From NCBI GenBank assembly GCA_051294375.1, contig CM119270.1, forward strand, positions 15,417,541 through 15,444,696: a stretch of DNA of 27,156 nucleotides, read 5' to 3'. Position numbers and translations under genes: made by a program. The stretch is from Paraspadella gotoi (lineage: Eukaryota; Animalia; Chaetognatha). Below the pieces are notes generated by a model, which ran no database searches, was not told where the DNA came from, and saw only the letters and a program-made list of their open reading frames with translations. Below are positions 10,538 to 21,833 of the stretch, one piece after another (the first letter of the stretch is position 1; every line of letters starts with the position of its first letter).

Positions 10538-11389
10538 GACGCAAATGAGATCCCACGTTCTTCTTCGTCTATGTTCGGTTTGCATTACGTCCCATTCTTC
10601 AACCCGATTTCGTTCGCACCTGGTTCCCATGTTTTCGGTTCGGGAACGGCTGAGTGGAAGGGGGTGTGGTTAGTCTTCAGTGGGGTGAGGTAGATGGCGC
10701 AGTTACGAGTTGGAGAGAAGCTGGAACTGCGTCGCGTGAAAGAGGAGTTGGAATGGTCATCACGTGATTACAAGCCCGTGAAGACAGGAGATGATGCTTT
10801 GGCCAAGCGAAAGCACGCTCTGCCAATTCGACGAGATTAAAACATCTGAACGTTTAGTCAGCATCTAAACCAAAATCCAATGTTTGGTTAGTTCGTACGT
10901 AACACATCTAATAGGGATTCAACGGATGTTATTTTATAATTAAATTCGGTTTGGGAGAACCGCGAATACTTATCTCACAGGTTAAAACGCTCGCGAATCA
11001 AGACAAGAATGAAAGTAACTAAAGATTGAGAAAAACGAATTAAGAATCGTTACCTCACATGGTTTACAGTTGATCAGACCAAAAATAGAAAACGATAACA
11101 TTAACAACCAATAAAGAAGAAATTATGTAGATAACAACAACGAAATCCTTTTAAACAAGAACAGAAAAGAAAAGCTCAGAACAATTACCAGGAGAAAAAA
11201 AAAGTAAAAAAGAAAAGAAGCACTTTAACGAAAAAAAAGAAAACAAATGACGGAGAAACATTTTTGGAATCTCGTTCTCAAACGAGGAACCCGGGAACTC
11301 AAAACAGAGAGAAAAGGAGAAGGGGGGGGGAGTGTGAAGGAGGACTCATTAAGTAAAGAAGGTTCCTAGATGGCTTCAAGGAGGAAATC

Positions 11390-11405
11390 GAGAGAGAAGA
11401 AGAGA

Positions 11406-11501
<96 letters not shown>

Positions 11502-11509
11502 AGAGAGAG

Positions 11510-11577
<68 letters not shown>

Positions 11578-11578
11578 A
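11390..11578. repeat. Long interrupted (GA)n microsatellite (~190 bp)
   Basis: Directly visible; phase breaks are mostly single-base indels. Confidence 0.95.
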
Positions 11579-12603
11579 GGCAAATGAACAACATTAAAGG
11601 CGTAAGAGAGAGACGTCCGAAAAATGGAGGTAAGGATAAGAGAGTGAAATTGAAACCGGGACCAAGAAAAGAGAAAGAGAGAAAGATAGAAAACGACTTC
11701 TAACTTCTTTTTCTTATTCACATTGTAAACAATGTACATTGTACAATCTACTTTGACAATCTACGTTCTAATTCAAATCCATATTGCGCATAATCCTTTC
11801 TTTTTCGTTGGTTTATAGGTATTAGAGAGAGCAAAGAATTTTGATTTTAACAAACGATTTTATTAATAGTTTGGACATGTTTCGGCTTTGCTTACTTTCA
11901 AGCCTCTCAGCATAATGAAAATCGTTGTTAAAATTCCAAAATTCTTTTGCTCTCTTATATTTTAAAAAATTACATTTTGAACATTAAAGAAACCTAAATT
12001 TGTTCATTAAACATCTCTCATAGATATTCAACTTTATTCTACGACCCCAGCAACATTTAACAATTCACAACATTTCCCACTTCAGTAAAATTAATTTTTC
12101 CGTAAATAGTATTAAGCATGGTACTTTTTTAAACTTGTTTCGTCCATTACAATAAGTCTTATGTTCGATCTTTTTCTCCTCCCTATTCCCTACCCCTTCT
12201 CCTCCTCCCTCCTCTGTCCTCCTCCTCTTCCTCCTCTCATCCCAGGCTCTCCTCTTCTTCCTTTCCCCGCTCATCCCTCACTTTCGTTCTTCCCCGGAAA
12301 ATCGTCGATAGATGGAAAATGGAATAAGAAGGCTGATATCCGATTTGATTCCAATTCGTTTCCTTTGGATTCATGGATTCCAAGTTCCATTGCCCGATTC
12401 AAAAAATGATTAAATTGATTCATATTCCGTTGCATTCTCAACTCCTCATGCTGTTCTCTCCCTCTCTTTCTCTCTCTCCTCTCTCTCCTCCCTCTCCTCT
12501 CACGTATTCTCTCCTCCCCTCTCCGTCTCGTGTCATCTTCCCCCCCCTCTATGCTCCCGCCCTTCCGACACGAGTGGGTCCAACTATCATGATGGATGGA
12601 ACT

Positions 12604-12754
12604 TTAGTTTTTTTCTTTCTGCTTCGCCCTTTTTCCCCTTTTTTTCTTTTTTCCCTTTTTTTTCATATTTTCCTCTTTTGCCTCCGATGTGGTCCACATA
12701 GTTGTAGAATTTGCGGCGCCCTCCTCGTCATCCTCGCCGTCGCCGCCGCCGCCG

Positions 12755-12796
<42 letters not shown>

Positions 12797-13022
12797 GCAT
12801 GGCCATGGTCCAACTTTGTCACCCCTTGGACCATGGAGGAGGAAATGACGGACGAGGCGGAGAGGTGGCGGCGGCGGCGGCATTGGCGACGGCGGTCAAA
12901 CCGCCTCTTGCGGCAAAACCATTGACGGACAAGTTGTCCGGAAAAACCTTGTTAGCGAAGTCGTTATCGTCCTTGTTGTTGTTGTTCTTATTATTATCGC
13001 ACTCAACCTTTTCAGAAGCCAT
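12604..13022 (-). CDS. Putative coding exon, low-complexity N-terminal segment of an unidentified protein (Asn-, Ala-, Gly-, acidic- and Lys-rich), with an apparent 1-nt frameshift near 12862
   Basis: ORF 12819..13022 (MASEKVECDNNKNNNNKDDNDFANKVFPD...ANAAAAATS) joins the frame of ORF 12604..12834 (SASSVISSSMVQGVTKLDHGHAG13DGGGGDGEDDEEG...KKKGKKKKRGKRAKQK) if one base is added in ACCTCTCCGCC. The ATG context is AGAATGG with an in-frame TAA just upstream. A T-rich tract plus CTAG acceptor-like site lies on the minus strand at ~13068-13135. No homology recognised. Confidence 0.4.
12735..12795. repeat. (GCC)n trinucleotide repeat (poly-Gly in the putative minus-strand exon)
   Basis: Directly visible, with GTC interruptions that keep triplet phase. 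Confidence 0.95.
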
Positions 13023-13206
13023 TCTTGCTAAATTGTTTTTTTACGTCCATCCTGGCCTCCTTTATTGCTAGAGTTTCAACAAAAAAAAAAAACAAAACAA
13101 CAAAACAATCGAATAAATAAATAAACAAAACCATAAATATAGTTGACGATGCGTTTTTGTTTTTCTCGACGCAACAACATTTGTTATCGTTTATATCTGA
13201 GACAAA

Positions 13207-13640
13207 TCTTTTTTTCTCCAAACCCGTCGTTCTTTCTTTTTTTTATTTCTTTTCTTTCCTTTTTTTTAGTGTTCTCTTCCCTTTTTCCTTGTCTTTCCTT
13301 TCTTTCCTTTTTTTTCTTTCTTTTTCGTTCCTTTTTTTTCTTTTCGTGTTCTCTTCCTTTTTTTCCTTGTCTTTCTTTGCTTTCATTTTTTTCCTATCTT
13401 TCCTTTTTTTTCTTTCTGCTGCGAGTTGAGAGGAAAAAAATCGATCAATTTTCTAAATTGTTGGGTTTTGACAAGAGAAAGACCAGAGGGGAAAGGGAGA
13501 GGGGAAAGGAGAAGGGAAAGGGAAAGAGAGATAGGGTAGAAAGGAGAGGAGTGTAAAAAAAGGGAAGAGGGATAAAAGTTATGATGAAGAGAGTTAGAAG
13601 AGGAACAAGAAAATAGAGAGGAGGGAAGTAGTAAAGGAAA
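13207..13640. repeat. Long polypyrimidine tract (~13207-13417) followed by a polypurine tract (~13470-13640)
   Basis: Directly visible; includes a ~29-bp direct repeat GTGTTCTCTTCC.TTTTTCCTTGTCTTTC at 13269 and 13346. Confidence 0.85.
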
Positions 13641-14737
13641 AAGAACGGTTCATTCAATGCTTTGCAACGCAGTTACTTTATTTTTGCGTTTATTTCCCGA
13701 TGACCACATGACATAGGATGTGAATTTATGACACGCTTTACAACGGATTTTCGTCTTTTTTTCCTGTCTTAACAAATGAGCAAATAATAAGCTGGGAAGA
13801 TGGGTATCTAGCTAAAGGTAGGTTCTGACTAGTCTCTCGTCAGGGAAAAGAGGTAAGTAGGGTAAGTATGTAATTGTGATAGGAAAACAGGTATAACAAA
13901 GGGTATCAAGGGTACATAAAAGGGGGAGAAGGGAGAGGGAAGTTTTGTCGACCCCGAGACCGAGAGGAGAAGTTAAACTGCCGATCTCCAAGACCCTTAT
14001 CCGTGACTCGGGGATGAGGAGGAGGGGACGACGAGAGGAGGAGGAGGAGGCGTTGAGAGGGGGAAGAGAAGACCCTGGAGATAGGGAGATAGAAAGGTTC
14101 TGGCGGTAGGGTGAGCCTCTATTCTGATTTTTAACGTAATTGTGAAATACCGACGACAGACATAGGGACCGACCGACCAACAGACCGACCAAAAAGTGAC
14201 TTAAAGCGTTGATTGGCGTGTACTCGCGGCACATCTAAAAAGAGATTAAGATGGTGGGAAAAATGTAAGTTAAGAGCTGAGTTAGGAAGAAAGAAAAGCG
14301 AGAGCGAAAACGAGATATTGATATTGATATTCGTAGATATTGAAACAGCTAATTGCAATTGTAGGTGAAAAGAAAATACGAAATAAGAGGACGGTAGTGA
14401 TGAGAGAAACTAAATTAGAAATGATGTATGGAACGAAGAAGAGAAATCAATAAGAGTGAAACAGAAATAGGACTTTTACTGATCATTACCGCAAAGACAA
14501 CTATGGAACATATGAAGTGAATGGAGAAAGAAGGGAAAAAGAAGAAGCAGTGAAAGGCAGAGAAGAGAGATGAAGAGAAGAGAGGGAGGTGGAGCGAAGA
14601 AGAGGGAGAGATGGAGTGATGAGGATGGGGAGGTAGAGCGATGATAGAGCAAAGGCTGAAAAGCAAAGTAGGTGGTTGAACGAGTTCTTCATAATCGTAA
14701 CTTGAATCAAAAGAGACGGATTAACGGGCGACGTTTC

Positions 14738-14761
14738 ATCGTCGTCGTCGTCGTCGTCGTC
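14738..14761. repeat. (TCG)n microsatellite
   Basis: Directly visible. Confidence 0.9.
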
Positions 14762-15197
14762 TTTCACGATTGTAACGCCGATATTCACGAGTGAAGTGGC
14801 GCGACATATTCTCTGATCCGTCGCAATAAAGAGCCTTCACGTTTCTTCGGTGAAACGTTAAAAAAATTCACTCGATTTATTATTATTTGTTTTTCACTGA
14901 TGTGTCGATACGAAATGAGCGCAATAAACTATTGCAACTAATTTTTGAGAAAGAAGGCAAATCGTATTTAATTTTAAAATGAAAAATTACAAAATAGCCA
15001 TTCGTAGTAAGCATTAAGAAGATGGTAAAACAAGGAATGGCAAGAGAAAAGTGCGAAGGAGAATGGCAGAACCAACTCAATTCATTCGCCACAAATTTGA
15101 TTTATTCTACTTCAATTTCCATCGGCAACAAAAGCGACGTTAAGAGGCCGGGATATCGTAGCAATCGACAATCGATGTAGACAAGAGAGAGAGAGAG

Positions 15198-15775
15198 NNN
15201 NNNNNNNNNNNNNNNNNNNNNNNNNNNNNNNNNNNNNNNNNNNNNNNNNNNNNNNNNNNNNNNNNNNNNNNNNNNNNNNNNNNNNNNNNNNNNNNNNNNN
15301 NNNNNNNNNNNNNNNNNNNNNNNNNNNNNNNNNNNNNNNNNNNNNNNNNNNNNNNNNNNNNNNNNNNNNNNNNNNNNNNNNNNNNNNNNNNNNNNNNNNN
15401 NNNNNNNNNNNNNNNNNNNNNNNNNNNNNNNNNNNNNNNNNNNNNNNNNNNNNNNNNNNNNNNNNNNNNNNNNNNNNNNNNNNNNNNNNNNNNNNNNNNN
15501 NNNNNNNNNNNNNNNNNNNNNNNNNNNNNNNNNNNNNNNNNNNNNNNNNNNNNNNNNNNNNNNNNNNNNNNNNNNNNNNNNNNNNNNNNNNNNNNNNNNN
15601 NNNNNNNNNNNNNNNNNNNNNNNNNNNNNNNNNNNNNNNNNNNNNNNNNNNNNNNNNNNNNNNNNNNNNNNNNNNNNNNNNNNNNNNNNNNNNNNNNNNN
15701 NNNNNNNNNNNNNNNNNNNNNNNNNNNNNNNNNNNNNNNNNNNNNNNNNNNNNNNNNNNNNNNNNNNNNNNNNNN
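15198..15775. other. Assembly gap (N-run)
   Basis: 578 N, starting in a (GA)n tract. Confidence 1.
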
Positions 15776-16294
15776 CATTCTTGATTTTTCCATTCCTCGC
15801 CGCTTGGTTAGCTGCGTCGTACGGTCTGCCGATCGTCTGTTGGTTGTCACTGTGTTGTTATTGTCGTCGTTGTTGTTATAATTGTTGTTGTTAAAGAAAA
15901 GCAAGTAGGTCCTTTTTTTCTTTGGTTAAGCTATTTTTTTATGTGTATTTAACCCTACTAAAATTAAAACTAACGAAAACCCTACAATGACTAACTGCTT
16001 AAGTAGTACAACCTCTTTCAATATCAATAGAATATAACTATAAGTTAAAACCCCATAGTTCATTTTTTCATTTAGTTTTATTGTATAATGTTTCAATTCA
16101 AATCGCTTTACTTAATACTGATATACACACAGTTTTCAGCACCGAATTCCGCTATTGACCACCAATCCACAATAAGCTTTAATAAAACCGATCGCCGCTC
16201 ATCTCAACGGAATTTCTCTTTCACTTTCTCATCTCGATTTAATCTCTGGTTCCAAATCTCCAGCTGCTTTCATCTCGTTTACGGGAGACGTCAA

Positions 16295-16428
16295 TCCGCT
16301 TGAGACTCTAGTCCGCTTCCGCCTTCATATCCGCTTCAGCCTGCGCTCCCGCCTCCATTCCCGCTTCCGCTTCCGCTTTTGCTTTCGTTTCCACCTCCGC
16401 TTCCTAAGCCGGACCAGTTTCCGCTTCG
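16295..16428. repeat. Degenerate hexamer repeat (TCCGCT)n
   Basis: TCCGCTTCCGCC...CCCGCTTCCGCTTCCGCTTTTGCT...TCCGCTTC. Confidence 0.7.
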
Positions 16429-17076
16429 ATCCATCTCCCCGTCAACTTACCCATTACCTTATCGGTCCCATCGTTCATGCTGTGATCACCCTGTAACCCG
16501 GTCGTTCTTTTAAACGGTCACTATGTTTATCACAAACCCCATTGTTTCGACCCACGCTACTTTTATACTTTAAATAATTTTCCAATTTTTCTTTCAATAT
16601 TGTTTGAATCGTTTTACGATCTTTTACCTTTTACCTTTTACCCTTTCGGGTATTCAGTATTCATCTAGTGGCAAATCACCCCAACTTTATATCCATTCCC
16701 GGCTCGTTAGCCTACTTTTTATATTTTCTCAGCCAGTGTGACAGACTTCACTTTTCAATGCCCCTTTTCATCCATTTTGTGACTTTTCGAACAACCATCG
16801 ATGTATTTTCGATACTTTCCGAATGCCCTTTTCTATCTACTCACTTACTCACCATCACGTCTGCTCTTTCAGACTCACTCCTTAAGGACTCATTTCTCTT
16901 ATATCTCTCCACTACCTTCTTGCAACTCATCCCACCCTCACCCCAATTCCCCACCCCCCGCTCATCCGCATCCGCCATCGACATCAGTGGACAAGGCGTC
17001 GCATCCGCTTCCTCATTAGTATGCAAAACGAGACCAAGTAAAATGACAGCAATATTTTTCCCGCTCTCCTCTCCTT

Positions 17077-17137
<61 letters not shown>
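17077..17137. repeat. (CT)n microsatellite
   Basis: Directly visible. Confidence 0.95.
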
Positions 17138-17140
<3 letters not shown>

Positions 17141-17942
17141 GTCGCGACGTTACGCAGCTTGGAGGCGATACGCAAACGATACGCAGCTTGAAACGAGTTG
17201 CGTGTCTGGAAAGAGTTGGGGGCTGGGGGGGCGTGGAAGTTGTAAAAGTAAACGAGACGAGAGAAGGGAAGATGCGAAGAAGACAGAGATGGAAAAGGAG
17301 ATTTAAAATTAATCGTTTATACATAGTAAATACGCTAAGTATAAATATTAAACTTAACACTAATCAGCATTTCATGAGATGCAAACACGAAATAGATGTG
17401 CGAACACTCGAGACGTTTCGAGCAAATATCGATTGTTTGTCTCGAAAACGACAAGAAGGAAAAGAGGGACGTGAGCCGTTACCTAATCTCCATTCGTTTC
17501 ATCTTTCCTCTCTTTTTCTTTTTCGTTTTTTCCTTTCCTCCTTTCCTTCCTCGCTTCCTCCACCCTCTATTTCTGCTCTCCCGCTGTTAAACGGTCAATG
17601 GATGCAGAAAATGATTGAGTTTCTTTGACCCGAATGAGTTTTTAAATGGACACGTGTAGAAAAAAAAATCGATAAAGGGCGTTTGGTGTCGGTACCCGAT
17701 CTGAAAGGCTATGAGTATGGTTTGGTAAAATACATTTTCTTTTATTCAATAAATTAAACGTTTATTGAATATTCACTTTTTCATGCAATATTTGATTGTT
17801 TGTTCAATTTCAACTTAAATTTTACTCAATGACGTCGTGCCATGTACTCAATGCATCGAATCGTGTCTTGGTGGTTTATATGGTTTACGACGCAATCAAC
17901 TTTATCGGTGACGTCATTGAAATAATCTTATGGATATCAGGG

Positions 17943-17947
<5 letters not shown>

Positions 17948-18038
<91 letters not shown>
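17948..18038. repeat. Perfect (AG)n microsatellite, ~45 units
   Basis: Directly visible. Confidence 0.97.
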
Positions 18039-18041
<3 letters not shown>

Positions 18042-18213
18042 TTAACGTATTCAGATGAACGTCCAAACAAAAAAATCCGCGAGATTAATTCTCAAGGTGA
18101 AAGTCGGACTTGACTTGGATTAGTGGGCGAGGCGGTCATTCTGGTCGAAGGCCGCTAATTATTAATAATATTAATTAATTCATACATCGGAATTTTAATT
18201 AAAAAGCGATCGA

Positions 18214-18384
18214 GATAACGACGATGGCGAGGAAAAAGACGACGATGATGATGACGACGAAGACAAAAACGACGATGACAACGAAGATGACAAAATACAC
18301 GATGACGACGAAGACGATGACAATCATGACAACGACGATGACGATGTCGAAGACGATGACGACGACGATGACAACGACGTTGAC
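18214..18384. repeat. Degenerate (GAC/GAT)n trinucleotide array
   Basis: About 57 in-phase triplets dominated by GAC/GAT/AAC/GAA. Confidence 0.9.
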
Positions 18385-18506
18385 CCTCATCGATGAATTT
18401 ATAAACGAGTTCGACCTCGAGCGAATGAGAAGGTGACTTACCCCGAGGAAAGTGAGGTCAGGCCTAAAAAAAATTAGAAATTCATGAGACTTTTTAAAAA
18501 AATGAA

Positions 18507-18864
18507 NNNNNNNNNNNNNNNNNNNNNNNNNNNNNNNNNNNNNNNNNNNNNNNNNNNNNNNNNNNNNNNNNNNNNNNNNNNNNNNNNNNNNNNNNNNNNN
18601 NNNNNNNNNNNNNNNNNNNNNNNNNNNNNNNNNNNNNNNNNNNNNNNNNNNNNNNNNNNNNNNNNNNNNNNNNNNNNNNNNNNNNNNNNNNNNNNNNNNN
18701 NNNNNNNNNNNNNNNNNNNNNNNNNNNNNNNNNNNNNNNNNNNNNNNNNNNNNNNNNNNNNNNNNNNNNNNNNNNNNNNNNNNNNNNNNNNNNNNNNNNN
18801 NNNNNNNNNNNNNNNNNNNNNNNNNNNNNNNNNNNNNNNNNNNNNNNNNNNNNNNNNNNNNNNN
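18507..18864. other. Assembly gap (N-run)
   Basis: 358 N. Confidence 1.
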
Positions 18865-19985
18865 GAAAGAAAGAAAAAAAGAAAGAAAAACAGACAGACA
18901 GACACTGAAAAAGAAAAGAAAACCTAACAAGCGCAACTGAAAAGCAAAAAGATAAAATTTAAGACAATATGCGTAAAAAAGGAAAAAGAAAGAAAAAAAA
19001 AATCAAAGGAATCCTAAAGAAAAAGAAGGAAAGAAAAGAAGAAGTGTCGTCTCGAGTTAGACGCTTTTTACTTCAAATTATGCAAATGAGCAAAAAGTTC
19101 TTTTTTTCTTTTTTCGGTTTTAAGAGACTTTCTCTCTCCTTCCGAACAGAGTATAAAAGGCGAGAACCGGGTGTCGCTCTAGCGGCGAAAAAGGAAAAAG
19201 AAAAGAAAAACAATGTGGCAGACAATTTTTTTTTCTTTTTTGTAAAAGAAAAAGAAGAAGAAAAATCGGCGAAATAGGAAAAAAAAGAAAGAATCTAATG
19301 GCAGCGGAATTTAAGAGCGGAGAAAAAAGCGTCTACGAAGGGAGGCGTGGCCGGGAGGCGGGAAAACTAGGAAACCATGAACAAAAAAAAGAAGCAAAGA
19401 AAAAAAAAAGCAAAAAGAAAGCAGAAAGAAAGTTTTTTTTCACAGTAGAGAAAAACTTGTCTGGCGAAGTCTGAAGTCTGTCGGCCGCCACGCGATTTCT
19501 TTCTTTCTTTCCTAGTTGTGGCCGATCACGTCGTGAGAGCATTTCTCAGTTCTCACGATTTGAGGTTCACTAAACGAGGTTTTCAGGCTCTATGGGCTTG
19601 TTTCAACGTTTTTAGAAAACACAATTATTTTCTAAAATATATATTTCAGAATTTGAAGTTCTTAAGGATTTATTTCCGTGTTTTTGATGTTTAATTTTAG
19701 ACCGTAAATTAAGACGCTCTCTATTTTGTTGGTTATTTCTGTAGGGGGAACTTTTAATTAATTAATTTTTCTGTTTTTCATATTTTAATTCAGATTCTCA
19801 ACTTTAATTTATCAGTAACTAATTAGTAAGTAGTAAGTAGTAATTAGTAATTACTTGCAATTTGAAAGCCCAATGGATATCACATTGATTATAAATATAA
19901 TAAAACTTAAACCACTATTGATTTTCTATTTTATTTGAAAAGTTTTCAAGATCGCCATTTTACTATAATTTCTTTAAATATTCAC

Positions 19986-20229
19986 NNNNNNNNNNNNNNN
20001 NNNNNNNNNNNNNNNNNNNNNNNNNNNNNNNNNNNNNNNNNNNNNNNNNNNNNNNNNNNNNNNNNNNNNNNNNNNNNNNNNNNNNNNNNNNNNNNNNNNN
20101 NNNNNNNNNNNNNNNNNNNNNNNNNNNNNNNNNNNNNNNNNNNNNNNNNNNNNNNNNNNNNNNNNNNNNNNNNNNNNNNNNNNNNNNNNNNNNNNNNNNN
20201 NNNNNNNNNNNNNNNNNNNNNNNNNNNNN
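19986..20229. other. Assembly gap (N-run)
   Basis: 244 N. Confidence 1.
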
Positions 20230-20284
20230 CTTCTTCTTCTTCTTCTTCTTCTTCTTCTTCTTCTTTCTTCTTCTTCTTCTCTTC
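20230..20284. repeat. (CTT)n microsatellite at a gap edge
   Basis: Directly visible. Confidence 0.95.
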
Positions 20285-20947
20285 GCTTTAGTTCGACTCA
20301 AATCGCCCGTTTTCTCGTCTCGTCAAAATCGCGTTTCTCATCTCGATGCAACGAGGACCGGATTTAACGAAATCCGGATTCTACGAGGCGTCGCTGTCGA
20401 GAAAAAAAAGAGATATTGGATTGAAAGAGATTCGAGCTCGAGACGCTTTTCTTTCCTGGGATCCGATTATCATTCATAAAAGAAAGAAAAAAGAGATAAA
20501 TAACGAGATATGAAAATTAGACTGGAAGCGAAACAAAAGACTTTTTTTTTTCATTTTCAAAATAAATAAATCTTTCCTTTTTTTCTTTTCTCCCGCAATC
20601 AGTTTTCTTTTTCTCCAATTCAAAAACGGGATCTCTTAGATCTCACGCTGCTGACGCTGCCGCCGACGCCGCCGACGCGATGCCTGCGCTGCCGACGCTG
20701 CCGACACGATTCCCACCTCGCCGTTTCCGCAGTCATTGCCTCTGCCTCCTTCATTTTCGCCGGTTTTTTTTCCGCGCAGCCGGAGCCGCAGCCGCCGCGC
20801 AGCCGGAGCCGCTGCCGCCGCCACTTCAACCGCCGACGCCTGATGACTTAATCCTCCTTCTTCTCGAAGAAGTAATGAGGAACTTAAAACTCATATTTCA
20901 TTCCTAATTTTTCTTGTCTTTCTTTTTCTTTTTTTTACTTTTACCTT

Positions 20948-20949
20948 TT

Positions 20950-21009
<60 letters not shown>

Positions 21010-21042
21010 TATTTCTTTATTTCTTTCTTTCTTTCTTTCTTC
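20948..21042. repeat. (TTTC)n microsatellite
   Basis: Directly visible. Confidence 0.95.
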
Positions 21043-21136
21043 TTTTTGTTTTTTCCTTCGCGGCTCGTTCTTCGCCGCTGAATCGAAGAAATGACGTCAA
21101 AATTACGTCAAAATTACGACACCAGGGACTAACGCT

Positions 21137-21208
<72 letters not shown>
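21137..21208. repeat. Interrupted (GA)n microsatellite
   Basis: Directly visible. Confidence 0.95.
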
Positions 21209-21309
21209 TCTTACCGGAAATCGACGGCGTTTGTTTGCGTCTTTGTGTTTGTCAAACGTCGACACTTAGGCGTTCAACTCCAGCGCGTCAAAATTGTCGA
21301 CTTTTTAAT

Positions 21310-21366
21310 TCATCGTCGTCATCGTCGTCGTTGTCGTCGTCGTCGTCGTCGTCGTCGTCGTTGTCA
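21310..21366. repeat. (TCG)n microsatellite
   Basis: Directly visible. Confidence 0.95.
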
Positions 21367-21666
21367 CTGACTTCAAAACTTGACTTTGACATTAATCTTT
21401 AAAGTTAAAGTCGACAATGACAACAGAGAATTCTTTCGTCAAGATTCTATTTTTAATCCTTTTTTTTCCCCCGAGAAAAAAATATAAGAAAAAATCTTGA
21501 ATTCGGGGATTAATTTTTTTTGACGATTTTAAGTTAATGGGGCGTTGTTCAGCCAGAAGGCCCTCCCTCAAATGACTGATATGGTAATTCGTTTGAAATG
21601 TTTGGAAACATCGTCAAATTCGGAACGCATTTTTATGTCGGCACATTGGCTTTGCCACTATTCTCT

Positions 21667-21833
21667 GTTCTTTTATATACACTTGAAAGATTGATACATT
21701 CTCTAGTAAACTACCAGGTACTCTGGGAATGAATGAACGAGACTTTGAGGGTGGGTTATTAGCTTATTATAGCTTATTTTAGCTTATTATAGCTTATTGA
21801 ATGGATAAATTTATATTGGTTATACCAATTTCA
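21667..21833 (+). mobile_element. Dispersed repeat family, internally deleted copy with a tandem 10-mer expansion
   Basis: ACCAGGTACTCTGGGAATGAATGAACGAGACT matches 26508-26538; then TAGCTTATT(A/T) x4 at 21760-21798; then TGAATGGATAAATTTATATTGGTTATACCAATTTCA, the core 3' end. Confidence 0.8.

Noticed and set aside
12373-13071. 232-aa plus-strand ORF with poly-Ala and hydrophobic stretches
   Set aside because: Its first half is translated pyrimidine tract and the rest reads as the antisense shadow of the minus-strand candidate exon, which has the better start and acceptor context.
16280-16430. EA-rich minus-strand reading (EAEVETKAKAEAEAG)
   Set aside because: In-frame stops on both sides within ~30 codons; better explained as a degenerate hexamer repeat.
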